Source: an uncultured Acidobacteriota bacterium
GTDB taxonomy: Bacteria > Acidobacteriota > UBA6911
DNA: 64,000 nt
NCBI GenBank assembly: GCA_964441405.1
Contig: CAYTYP010000022.1
Location: 3,569 to 67,568 of the forward strand
Direction of reading: 5' to 3'
Shown here: piece after piece, positions 34,888 through 44,368 of the stretch
Numbering within the stretch: position 1 is the stretch's first letter
Layout: the number at the start of each line of letters is the position of its first letter
Notes under the pieces: generated by a model
Database searches by the model: none
What the model saw: only the letters and a program-made list of their open reading frames with translations
Told to the model about the DNA's origin: nothing
Made by a program: the position numbers and the translations under genes

Positions 34888-37800
34888 ATGAAAAAATGTA
34901 TCGCTGCATCAGCATTGCTGCTCTCTCTTGTTTTATCCATTCAAGCATTCAGCCAATCCAGCAACGCGAACCTGAGCGGAACCATAACGGACGCTACGGG
35001 AGGAGTCATGACTGGCGTGAAGGTTACGGTTACGAATACTGCCACCGGCATCGTTAACATTACGGTCAGCAACAATGTCGGGATATACACCTTCCCCAGC
35101 CTGTCGCCCGGTGTGTACAAAATCAGCGCAGAAAAATCCGGTTTTCAAACTCAGGTTTTCAAAGATGTATCGCTTGGGAGCGCGTCGCAGATGAGGCGCA
35201 ACATCAAACTGGAGGTCGCCGGCGCAGAACAGGCTGTTGTTGAAGTCAGTATGGAAGCGGACAGGATTTTATTGGAAGCCAGTTCATCCGCAGGCGATCT
35301 GCTTCCTGAACAGGCGGTGCAAAATCTGCCGCTGGTAAACAGCAACGCTCTTGATCTGGTCCGAGTCATTCCGGGATACATCCCCACTTCCGGAAATGCA
35401 GTCATGGGCGCCAACGATACCACCGTCGCAGGAGTTTCCGTATCCAGCCTGAATTTGCAGCGCGACGGCATTGCGATCAGCGATACTCGCCAAGCAGCAG
35501 GCATTCATTCCCCTACTCAGATCAATCCGGAAATGGTCAGTGAATTCCGTATTATTTCCACTCCCGTCGACGCCGAAATGGGGCGTGGAAATGCCCAGAT
35601 TCAGGTCTTGACGAGGTCGGGTTCCAACGAATACCACGGAGCTGTGGTATGGGACATTCAGAATTCTGCCTTGGATTCCAATCAATGGGATAACAACCGT
35701 ACAGGGCTGGTAGCGCCCTGGAGAAATTTACATCAATATACTTTAAGCGCCGGTGGACCGATCATAAAAAATAAAACCTTTTTCTTTGCGCTGGGGAATG
35801 GTCAGATCGCGCGTTTGCGGGATTCCTACACCCCCACGGTGCTGACGCCATGCGCGCGGAAAGGCATCTTCCGCTATTACGATAAGTGGAATAACGGACG
35901 CTATCTTCAGCAAACGACCATCGCAGGCGCGACACCGACTACGTCGGTGGTCGACGGCTATGGCAATCCGGTAATGCCGACAACTAATCCGGATGGCACG
36001 GCATACACCGGGAGCCTTCATTATGAAAGTGTATTCGGCAAAGTGACCAACGCTCCTGGAACGATGGCGGCTGATTGTTCCAACGCCATTGTCGATACCG
36101 TAACCGGCGTATCGGGGGGCGGATGGGATACTTACCGCAAACCGGTAGATTCAACCGGATTTAAAGGAGATTCGACCGGATTTATCGATAACTTTTTATC
36201 CCTCATGCCGGCTGCCAACAGATATGACACAGTCGGAGACGGCTTGAATACGGCCGGCGGCCGATGGATGCGCGGCACTCGTGGAGCCGATAACATGTTT
36301 GGAATCGGCGAAGACAACCAGAGAAAACAGATCAATCTTAAAATAGATCACGTCTTCAACGATCACAACCGGATCAATGGATCCTGGAGTTTTGAAAAGA
36401 ACTGGGCAGACAATAACTTTAAGAACTGGCCGGACGGTTACGGAGGCAGAACAGAACGCCTGCCCCAAGTCATAACCGTGAACCTGACATCAACGCTAAC
36501 TCCCTCCGTATTTAACGAAGCTCGTTTCGGAGTGATGCGAACCGGGAATAACGGCTATTTCCCTCTGGAAAATCCTGAAACCGGCGCAGACGCCAGGAAT
36601 CACCTTCCCGTGGTTAATGGCTACCAGGTCGCCGTAGTCCCTGGCGCCGGAGGCGCCCAATTCCAGATCGGCGGAAGCAATTTCGTCGGCGGCAGGGGAA
36701 ATGCGGGCCTTGGATGGACGAACCACGATATCAGCCCCCGATGGACCTTCGCCGACACGATTGTTTGGACGAAGAGCAGACACATGTTCAGGGCCGGAGC
36801 CGAATATCGTCTTGTTCGATCGAAATCCTCCGTTTTCGGCACTGGCTGGAACTACAATTCCACTCCAATTTTAATCGGCGGTGACGCCCAAGGAATTTCC
36901 GTACAGGGGATTAACAGCACCAATATGCCCGGTCTTACGGGAACCGCTACCAATGGAAACCGGTTGCTGATGCAAAACCTCCTCACATTCCTTTCCGGCT
37001 CTTTGGGTTCCATAAACCAGTCTTATTTTATTAACAATCCCTACCGGTTGGATTCGTGGAACAATCCTCTCACTGAGAAAGAAAAAATTCGCGATATGCA
37101 TCAGCGCGGGTTCGACATATTTTTAAAAGACGACTGGAAAGTCCATGAAACCCTTACATTGAACCTCGGTCTAAGATACGAATACTATGGAGTGCCCTTT
37201 CTCAATTCAGGATTAACAGCCTCTTTAAAAGGAGGGGCCGATGCAATGTTCGGCATCTCAGGACGTAATTTCAATGAAGCGTTCTGGGCTCCGGGAGTTC
37301 GCGCTGATTTGACTGAATCGATTTTTATCGGACCGAACTCACCCAATCCCGGTTGGAGAATTTATTCTCGCGACGGAAACAATTTCGGTCCTGCGGTAGG
37401 CTTTGCCTGGCAGCTGCCTTGGTTGGGAAAGGGCAAGACCACCCTACGCGGTGGATATCAAATCAGCTACATAGAACCCGACAACGCCACGACTATTGAA
37501 AGCATTATAGGAAATCCGCCCGGCAGCACCAGCAACGCGACGTACACTCCCACTACTTATCTCAATTTGGAATTGGCCAAAAATTCGAGCGTCGTCCCGG
37601 CGCCTGCAACCGCTAAGCCGATGGCCGCGGTTCCCCTTACGGATCGGTCTCAGGCGATCACCGTTTATGATCCAAGATTCCGAACCCCATACATTCAGAA
37701 TATTACGATGTCGTTGACGCGAAATTTCGGATCGAAACTTACTTTAGATGTCCGATATACCGGGACCTTATCGCGCAAGCTGCCTAATAATTTTGACCTC

Positions 37801-39039
37801 AACACGGTGAACTTTCTGACCAATGGATTGAAGGAAGCGTTCGACGCGGCGCGGTACGGCGACGACACGAATCCTGCAACAGCGTTGCTGGACAAAATTT
37901 TTGCTCCGGTAAGAGGAGCTACCCCCGGAGCAAAATGGTTGAGAACTACGACCACCTATCCCGGACAGAAAACCAATCTCGCCAATGGGAACTATGCGGG
38001 CATCGCCTCCTGGATAAACACCCTGCAGCAGCCCGGCGCTCCTGCTGGAACCACCACTCGCGGCTATCTGCTCAGGACTGCCGGATTGCCGGACAACTTC
38101 ATTGTCACCAATCCTCAGTTCAGTTCCGTGAACCTTCGAACCAATTGGGGGAAGTCCAATTATCACGCGATGCTGACACAGCTCTCGCTGAGGCCAACCG
38201 CCGGATTCAGCTTTCAATTATCCTATACGTGGAGCAAGAATCTGGGCAACACCGGCAATGGCAATACGGATCCCCGGAACAGAGCGGCGGACTATACGGT
38301 GTTAGGGAGCGATCGACCGCATGTGCTGACCACCTATGGGACATTTGATTTGCCCCTGGGGCCGAACAGATTGTTTTTGGGCAAAACTTCCGGCATTGCC
38401 GCACGATTACTCGAAAACTGGCAGTTAAGCTGGATCGCGAACGTAGCCAGCGGCAATCCTGTGAACATTACAGCTCCAACCATGTTATACGGCACCGGCG
38501 TTCCGGATCAAGTGGGCGCGTTTCCCTTTGATAAAATGGGAGTGTATTGGGAAAATGGAAGCCGCGAAGGGAATTATTTCGCCAAGTCTCTTCAAATTAC
38601 CGACGATCCTCAAAAAAACAAGGACGGATCCAAATCCGGTTTTGGATACGTCACTACGACGGATAAATTAAACGAAGCCTGCACCCTCACCGCTGCTGCG
38701 GATGCCGTCCGTGGCAACATTATTCTTCAAAATCCTTTGCCTGGGACTCGAGGCAGCTTCGGATTCAACAGGATCTATGGCCTGAGTACATGGAACGTAG
38801 ATATGACCATCAGCAAATCGTTCAGAACCAGCGAAACTACAAGCTTGTCGTTACGTGTGGATTCAACGAACATTTTCAATCATGCCCAACCTTCGGGAGC
38901 CTTAAATTCAGCGAGCACCCGTATTTACTTCGCCAGCGCTCCCAGTTTGGCCATTAACACTTCAAATCCTTTATTGGGAAACTTTGCCACCAAAATCGGT
39001 TCGCGTGTATTCCAGGCGCGTATCCGTTTCACGTTCTAA
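34888..39039 (+). CDS. TonB-dependent-receptor-like outer-membrane protein with N-terminal carboxypeptidase-regulatory domain (acidobacterial Oar-like type)
   Basis: Signal peptide, LSGTITDATG, LSPGVYKISAEKSGF, plug-like VQNLPL...LDL and EFRI...DAEMGRG motifs, terminal QARIRFTF; 1383 aa. Confidence 0.92.
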   Translation: MKKCIAASALLLSLVLSIQAFSQSSNANLSGTITDATGGVMTGVKVTVTNTATGIVNITVSNNVGIYTFPSLSPGVYKISAEKSGFQTQVFKDVSLGSASQMRRNIKLEVAGAEQAVVEVSMEADRILLEASSSAGDLLPEQAVQNLPLVNSNALDLVRVIPGYIPTSGNAVMGANDTTVAGVSVSSLNLQRDGIAISDTRQAAGIHSPTQINPEMVSEFRIISTPVDAEMGRGNAQIQVLTRSGSNEYHGAVVWDIQNSALDSNQWDNNRTGLVAPWRNLHQYTLSAGGPIIKNKTFFFALGNGQIARLRDSYTPTVLTPCARKGIFRYYDKWNNGRYLQQTTIAGATPTTSVVDGYGNPVMPTTNPDGTAYTGSLHYESVFGKVTNAPGTMAADCSNAIVDTVTGVSGGGWDTYRKPVDSTGFKGDSTGFIDNFLSLMPAANRYDTVGDGLNTAGGRWMRGTRGADNMFGIGEDNQRKQINLKIDHVFNDHNRINGSWSFEKNWADNNFKNWPDGYGGRTERLPQVITVNLTSTLTPSVFNEARFGVMRTGNNGYFPLENPETGADARNHLPVVNGYQVAVVPGAGGAQFQIGGSNFVGGRGNAGLGWTNHDISPRWTFADTIVWTKSRHMFRAGAEYRLVRSKSSVFGTGWNYNSTPILIGGDAQGISVQGINSTNMPGLTGTATNGNRLLMQNLLTFLSGSLGSINQSYFINNPYRLDSWNNPLTEKEKIRDMHQRGFDIFLKDDWKVHETLTLNLGLRYEYYGVPFLNSGLTASLKGGADAMFGISGRNFNEAFWAPGVRADLTESIFIGPNSPNPGWRIYSRDGNNFGPAVGFAWQLPWLGKGKTTLRGGYQISYIEPDNATTIESIIGNPPGSTSNATYTPTTYLNLELAKNSSVVPAPATAKPMAAVPLTDRSQAITVYDPRFRTPYIQNITMSLTRNFGSKLTLDVRYTGTLSRKLPNNFDLNTVNFLTNGLKEAFDAARYGDDTNPATALLDKIFAPVRGATPGAKWLRTTTTYPGQKTNLANGNYAGIASWINTLQQPGAPAGTTTRGYLLRTAGLPDNFIVTNPQFSSVNLRTNWGKSNYHAMLTQLSLRPTAGFSFQLSYTWSKNLGNTGNGNTDPRNRAADYTVLGSDRPHVLTTYGTFDLPLGPNRLFLGKTSGIAARLLENWQLSWIANVASGNPVNITAPTMLYGTGVPDQVGAFPFDKMGVYWENGSREGNYFAKSLQITDDPQKNKDGSKSGFGYVTTTDKLNEACTLTAAADAVRGNIILQNPLPGTRGSFGFNRIYGLSTWNVDMTISKSFRTSETTSLSLRVDSTNIFNHAQPSGALNSASTRIYFASAPSLAINTSNPLLGNFATKIGSRVFQARIRFTF

Positions 39040-39117
39040 CTGGAATTTAACGCCCTCCGCACACTCCTTCGGATTTCAAGAGAGTGTGCGGATAGGCGGC
39101 AGTCCCCTTTTACGGCA

Positions 39118-39159
39118 GCGGCTAATTTTAGTGCCAGCCTAAAATTAGCCGCTTTTTTT
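39118..39159 (+). terminator. rho-independent terminator
   Basis: GCGGCTAATTTTAG / CTAAAATTAGCCGC 14-bp stem followed by T7. Confidence 0.85.
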
Positions 39160-39240
39160 GTCTCATGGGTCTGAACCGAGACCTACAAAACCACATCGCA
39201 TCATCCCCGGCAACGCCGGCGCGCCCAGGGATGGGCCAAC

Positions 39241-39297
39241 AAAAAATGGGGCCGTATCTCTCGCCTCCATAAGCTGAAAACGGAAGATACGGCCCCA
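39241..39297 (-). terminator. probable terminator of aqpZ
   Basis: TGGGGCCGTATCT / AGATACGGCCCCA stem with A6 on its left (U-tract on the minus strand). Confidence 0.6.
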
Positions 39298-39326
39298 ATA
39301 CCTCAATACTTCGATGCGCTTATTCT

Positions 39327-40022
39327 CTACGCCTGCTTTTCACCAAAGACGCCGCGATAGGCGAAGCCGGCGATAATCGCTCCCACAATCGGAGCCACCC
39401 AGAACAGCCATAATTGCGAAAGCGCCCATCCTCCGACAAAAACCGCCTGGCTCGTGCTCCGCGCCGGATTGACGGATGTGTTGGTGACAGGAATGCTGAT
39501 AAGGTGAATCAGGGTAAGGCAAAGCCCGATGGCAATCGGCGCAAATCCCTGCGGCGCCCGTTTATCGGTCGCGCCCATAATCACTATCAGGAAAACAAAC
39601 GTTAATACAAGTTCGCATACGAGGGCCGCGCCGAGACTATACCCTCCCGGAGAATGTTCTCCAAATCCATTGGCCGCAAAGCCCGCGCTCAAATCAAATC
39701 CTGCTTTGCCGCTTGCAATCACATACAGAACCAGCGCAGCGACGATCCCGCCAAGCACCTGCGCCACAATGTAGCCGATAAGCTCGCTCCCTTTAAACCG
39801 GCCGCCGGCCCACAATCCGAATGAGACTGCCGGATTCAAATGACATCCTGAAATATGACCGATTGCAAACGCCATAGTCAGAACAGTCAAACCAAACGCC
39901 AGCGCCACCCCCGCAAACCCAATACCGAGTTCGGGGAATGCCGCAGCCAGGACCGCACTGCCGCAACCACCGAGCACCAGCCAGAATGTTCCGATGAATT
40001 CAGCGCCTAACTTGCTTGCCAT
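39327..40022 (-). CDS. aqpZ: aquaporin Z
   Basis: [31 protein letters not shown] and LWLFWVAP motifs. Confidence 0.97.
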   Translation of the reverse strand: MASKLGAEFIGTFWLVLGGCGSAVLAAAFPELGIGFAGVALAFGLTVLTMAFAIGHISGCHLNPAVSFGLWAGGRFKGSELIGYIVAQVLGGIVAALVLYVIASGKAGFDLSAGFAANGFGEHSPGGYSLGAALVCELVLTFVFLIVIMGATDKRAPQGFAPIAIGLCLTLIHLISIPVTNTSVNPARSTSQAVFVGGWALSQLWLFWVAPIVGAIIAGFAYRGVFGEKQA

Positions 40023-40191
40023 GAGAATTCCCCTTTCAATGATGTCTGTTATCGTCGATCCATGCCATGCTTACAAACGCCCTTTAACGAAAATTTACCG
40101 GGCAATGACTCAATGAAATTTGATAAATAATACCACCAAAATAGGAAAAACTATATTGTTAGCCGCTGACATACGCTGACGCACGCTGGTT

Positions 40192-41364
40192 TCAGTGTGG
40201 GTCAGCGTATGTCAACGGCTTATGGACAGCGGGATTGCGAACTATCCAGCCAAAGAGCGCAACTCCGATCGCCATACAAAAACCGGCGGCGTAAAAAGCA
40301 AACTCCAGACCGAGCCAGTCCGCCATGCCGCCAAGCACTATGGGACCAACGCCATTTCCTATATGCATGGCCATCATGTACATAGTCGTAGTAGCGCCCA
40401 TTCCATAGGTGCGGCCTTCTTTCACGACATAAGCGTTACAGGCAGGCGTTCCAAAAGCCTGGCCCAACATGACACAGATATAAGCGACCAGAAGCGTCCA
40501 GAATCCAAGGCTCCAGGGCAGAAGCGTAATAGAAATTACCGAAGCCACGCCGCCCAATATCACCATGGACCGGCGATTCCACTGATCCGCCAGACGACCG
40601 GTATAGGATTGCAAAATGGATACGGGAGTCCGGGCTGCCAGCATAATTCCAATAAGACTGGCGCTCATCCCAATCCTCTGGTCTGCGAAAAGAGGTATAA
40701 ACGCCATCATGCTGGCTGTCCCAATTCCGACACTCAAGTTGTAGCTGAAAGCGCCACGTATAATAGGGCTTTTCAGCGGAGCGATTAGAGATGAATTCTT
40801 GCGGGCGGTCTTGCGCGGCATTTCTTTCAGGAAAATGAGACTGCAGATGAGAGCGAGAATATTCAACACGGACATGAATACGAACGTGGCTCTAATATTG
40901 ATCATATCCGTAATAACTCCGCCGAAGAGCGGACCGGCGCCTACGCCGGCGAAGAGAACGGCGTTGAAATATCCCATCCACTTCCCTTCATTCCCTTCCG
41001 GAGTGATGTCTCCCAGGTACGCCTGAGCAATGGGCAAATGTGCGGACGCCCCCAAGCCCTGAATTAAACGCCATAGGATGAGCCCAACAGGCTTGGTGGC
41101 GAACATCAGTCCTATGGGCGCGATGGCAAGGATGGCAAGGCCGCAGCTGAGAAATATTTTTCGTCCGAATCGGTCCGAGAGCCGACCGAAGAAGAGCACC
41201 GTGCCGATGCCGGTAAGGTTAAAACCCGCCTGCACCAGGCCTACTTGCATCGTAGAAGCGCCTAAAGAATTAGCGTAGATGGGAAGAAAGGGGCTGACGA
41301 TGCCCATTCCCAGCATCGAGATGAACATGCTTCCCACAAGCACCGCAAAAGCCTTTTTATTCAT
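40192..41364 (-). CDS. MFS transporter (DHA1-like)
   Basis: About 12 TMs with motif A in both halves (GRLSDRFGRK, GRLADQWNRR). Confidence 0.92.
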   Translation of the reverse strand: MNKKAFAVLVGSMFISMLGMGIVSPFLPIYANSLGASTMQVGLVQAGFNLTGIGTVLFFGRLSDRFGRKIFLSCGLAILAIAPIGLMFATKPVGLILWRLIQGLGASAHLPIAQAYLGDITPEGNEGKWMGYFNAVLFAGVGAGPLFGGVITDMINIRATFVFMSVLNILALICSLIFLKEMPRKTARKNSSLIAPLKSPIIRGAFSYNLSVGIGTASMMAFIPLFADQRIGMSASLIGIMLAARTPVSILQSYTGRLADQWNRRSMVILGGVASVISITLLPWSLGFWTLLVAYICVMLGQAFGTPACNAYVVKEGRTYGMGATTTMYMMAMHIGNGVGPIVLGGMADWLGLEFAFYAAGFCMAIGVALFGWIVRNPAVHKPLTYADPH

Positions 41365-41575
41365 TCGGATCCCAGCCTGTAATAAGCGAACCAAAAGTGT
41401 GAGAGTACCACCCTGATACTCTCAATTGGACGCTCTTCAGCCGAAAAACGCAATCAGCATTTTTCAAGGGCGCCTAGCTCGGCCCAGTTAGCGCCGGCTG
41501 AGCCATCCAATGCTGCACGCGTTTTCTCCGGCAGAATTGGAGCCGGTTTTTGTCATTGCAGTTTCCGGCCTGTGA

Positions 41576-41600
41576 GCCGGCGAGGACGCCGGCGTTCCCA
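41576..41600. repeat. REP-like GCCGGCGAGGACGCCGGCGTTCCCA
   Basis: GC-rich imperfect hairpin of a REP-like type. Confidence 0.55.
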
Positions 41601-41723
41601 GATTGACCGAGTCACAGAGCAGCCCAGTCGCCAGCTACGCTGGATTGAAAAAATCTGTAACCGAGAGGACTTAATCCCAGGGGCTAGTGAAGTAAATCAT
41701 GTTTATGAGTTTACAAAATTTTA

Positions 41724-41934
41724 ATGCCCTGAAAGGGCATTATTACAAAGCCCAGGGTAGAGCGGCGTTTTTTGCCCCTCTACCCTGGGTATCGAATTGA
41801 TTCGTCTCTACCCTGAAAGGGTTGTTTACAGATGCAACCCTTTCAGGGTAGACCGTCACAACATCTTTTCCCAGGGTTGGGTTGCAAAAAGCGCAACCCA
41901 ACCCTGGGCTTTGTTATTCCTGCCCTTTCAGGGC
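41724..41934. mobile_element. about 211-bp composite REP/MITE-like palindromic element (CCCTGAAAGGG family)
   Basis: Terminal GCCCTGAAAGGGC / GCCCTTTCAGGGC; hairpins at 41751-41789, 41807-41852 and 41870-41908; overall symmetric; no ORF. Confidence 0.8.
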
Positions 41935-44303
41935 AGCCTTGGTTCCGGCGCTGCCGCTTCAATAACAATCGCTGCTTCCTTTAACCCGGCGGCCGAAGCG
42001 GACACCTTAATTTTCCCGCGGATCGCGCTCGCTTTAATCATTGCATAGCAGCGGCCCTGGTAGGCTCGACGCTCCGAAGCCTGAAAGGATTCGGAGCTGG
42101 AATTATCGCCGCTATCCACGGCTGCAATCACTCCGGGCCCGCTGACCTTAAAGGAAACCAGATCGGATGCGCCGGGAACCTGAATCCCACTTTGATCGGT
42201 TATGGTCGCAGACACAAAGGCGACATCATCCCAGTCCTTGAGGAGTTTAGGCCTGTCCACCGTCAACATAATCTTGGCCGGCTTGCCCGCAGTGCGCAAC
42301 TCGTGCTCGGCGACCACGGCTCCCCGGTTCTTTCCAATCGCTTTCAAGGCGCCCGGCTCCCACCCGATGATCCAAACCCGCGGCGAGTCATCGGCGTTCC
42401 TCGGCTTGCCGCCAATCGATTTGCCATTGAGCAACAACTCGACTTCTTCGCAATTGCTGTAGGCTTCGATGGTTTCTTCATGCGGGCCGGAATCGGTTGG
42501 CGTCCAATCCGCCAACTGCGTTGGCCGGCCGATAAGCGCGGCAAATCCGGGATCTGTAGGAAGAGCTTGCGCCGGTTTAACGCGGCGGACTATATGGACA
42601 ACCGGCTGGTCGCTCCACCAGCTCTGGCGTTCATAGGCCATAGGCTTGATTTCGCCGGTGCGGTCGAGCAATCCGGAACCTGCTGCAATCATGGGCCACC
42701 CGAACGCCTCGCCCAGGTAATCGATGCCGCTCCAGAGAAATTGCCCTGCGTGCTGCACATGATCGCGGCCCACCAGCCATGTGGCCAGTTCATGTCTTTG
42801 CTCCGTGCCAATGATTTTGCGGGTAGGCTTGGCTTTCTGAGCCTCCAGAAGTTCAAGGTCCCGGTAGTTGGTACCCACAACATCCAACAAATCCGCAAGA
42901 CCGTTGTCGTAATCATGGCTCACATTCGGACGGAAGAGCCCCTGAGTCACCGGTCGCGAAGGATCAAATTGATGAAAGACTTCTACCAACCCGGCGAGAA
43001 TTCGTTTGGCCAGGTCTGCTTTGGGCGTGTCATGGATTTCGTTCCCGGCGCTGTAAAGGATTATGCTGGGATGATTGCGATCACGAAGCACTGTGTCACG
43101 GAGGTCAACCTTCGACCATTCGTTGAAGTACAGGTGATAGTCATATTTGGTTTTCCCTACCGTCCAGCAATCGAACAGTTCATCCATCACCAGAAAGCCC
43201 ATACGATCGCATAAATCAAGGAATTCCGGCGCAACCGGATTGTGCGCGGTCCGGATGGCGTTTACGCCCAATGCGCGCAACTGTTCCAATCGCCGCTCCC
43301 ACACTCGCAGCGGCACAGCCGCGCCAAATGCACTTCCGTCATGGTGCAGGCATACTCCTTTGATTTTAATATTTTTGTCATTCAGCCAGAACCCTGTTTC
43401 CGGAACAAAACGAGCGTTCCGAATGCCGAAGACCTCTGTATCGATATCAACAAATTTTGAGCCCGATTTAATTTGGAGTTGTGCATGGTAAAGATTCGGG
43501 GCGTCCAGCTGCCAGAGTTTGGGATTCGCAACAATGAATTCTTCCTGAAAATCAATCGCGCCTCCCGAAGCAATCGATTGAGTCTTTTTCCTGACGGGGA
43601 CATTCTTTATGCCCAAGGGTGAAACGATGCCGATCTGCAGCTCAATTTCAGAAGATTTATCCGATTGATTCACAATCCGGCCTTGAACGCGAACAACAGC
43701 CTCCGTCGCAGCAACCCGCGGCGTTGTAATGTAAGTTCCCCATTTAGCGAAATGTACAGGATTCAAAGCCCTCAACCGGACATGCCGATAAATACCGGCC
43801 CCGGTGTACCAGCGCGAGGCGGGCTGGCCCGAGTTATCGGCCCGTACAGCTAAGACATTGGTCTTGCCCTTCCCGATAACAAGATGCTCCGTCAGTTCAT
43901 ATTCGAAACTGACATACCCGTAGGGTCGTTTCCCCAGATGAACGCCGTTGATCCACACGTCGCTGTTGGCCATGACGCCGTCAAACTCGATAAAGACCCG
44001 GCGCCCGCCATACTCTTGGGTCAGAGAAAAATGCTTGCGATACCAGCCGACGCCCGCAGGCAGATAACCTCCGGCGCCGCCGGTCGGATTCTTAGCGGCA
44101 AATGGCCCTTCGATGCTCCAGTCATGCGGAACATCAACCGTCCGCCATTCCGAATCATCAAAGACAGCTTTTTCAGCGCCCTGAACGTCGCCTTTGTAAA
44201 AGCGCCATCCGGGATCAAACGATGGAACAATACGTACATCCGCGAATGCTGAGGATGCGCCTGAAATTAGGACCAGAAGAAAGATGCATGATCGTAGTTT
44301 CAT
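41928..44303 (-). CDS. glycoside hydrolase family 2 (beta-galactosidase-like, with DUF4982 region), secreted
   Basis: VPHDWSIEG, FDGVMANSDVW.NG, SRWYTGAGIYRHV, GVCLHHD, NAIRTAHNP, RDRNHPSI..YSAGNE and GQFLWSGIDYLGE motifs. Confidence 0.95.
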   Translation of the reverse strand: MKLRSCIFLLVLISGASSAFADVRIVPSFDPGWRFYKGDVQGAEKAVFDDSEWRTVDVPHDWSIEGPFAAKNPTGGAGGYLPAGVGWYRKHFSLTQEYGGRRVFIEFDGVMANSDVWINGVHLGKRPYGYVSFEYELTEHLVIGKGKTNVLAVRADNSGQPASRWYTGAGIYRHVRLRALNPVHFAKWGTYITTPRVAATEAVVRVQGRIVNQSDKSSEIELQIGIVSPLGIKNVPVRKKTQSIASGGAIDFQEEFIVANPKLWQLDAPNLYHAQLQIKSGSKFVDIDTEVFGIRNARFVPETGFWLNDKNIKIKGVCLHHDGSAFGAAVPLRVWERRLEQLRALGVNAIRTAHNPVAPEFLDLCDRMGFLVMDELFDCWTVGKTKYDYHLYFNEWSKVDLRDTVLRDRNHPSIILYSAGNEIHDTPKADLAKRILAGLVEVFHQFDPSRPVTQGLFRPNVSHDYDNGLADLLDVVGTNYRDLELLEAQKAKPTRKIIGTEQRHELATWLVGRDHVQHAGQFLWSGIDYLGEAFGWPMIAAGSGLLDRTGEIKPMAYERQSWWSDQPVVHIVRRVKPAQALPTDPGFAALIGRPTQLADWTPTDSGPHEETIEAYSNCEEVELLLNGKSIGGKPRNADDSPRVWIIGWEPGALKAIGKNRGAVVAEHELRTAGKPAKIMLTVDRPKLLKDWDDVAFVSATITDQSGIQVPGASDLVSFKVSGPGVIAAVDSGDNSSSESFQASERRAYQGRCYAMIKASAIRGKIKVSASAAGLKEAAIVIEAAAPEPRLP

Positions 44304-44368
44304 AATGGAGTATTATGCAAAAAAATGTCCGCAAATCTCTACAGATTTAAACGGATAGGAGGAATTTG

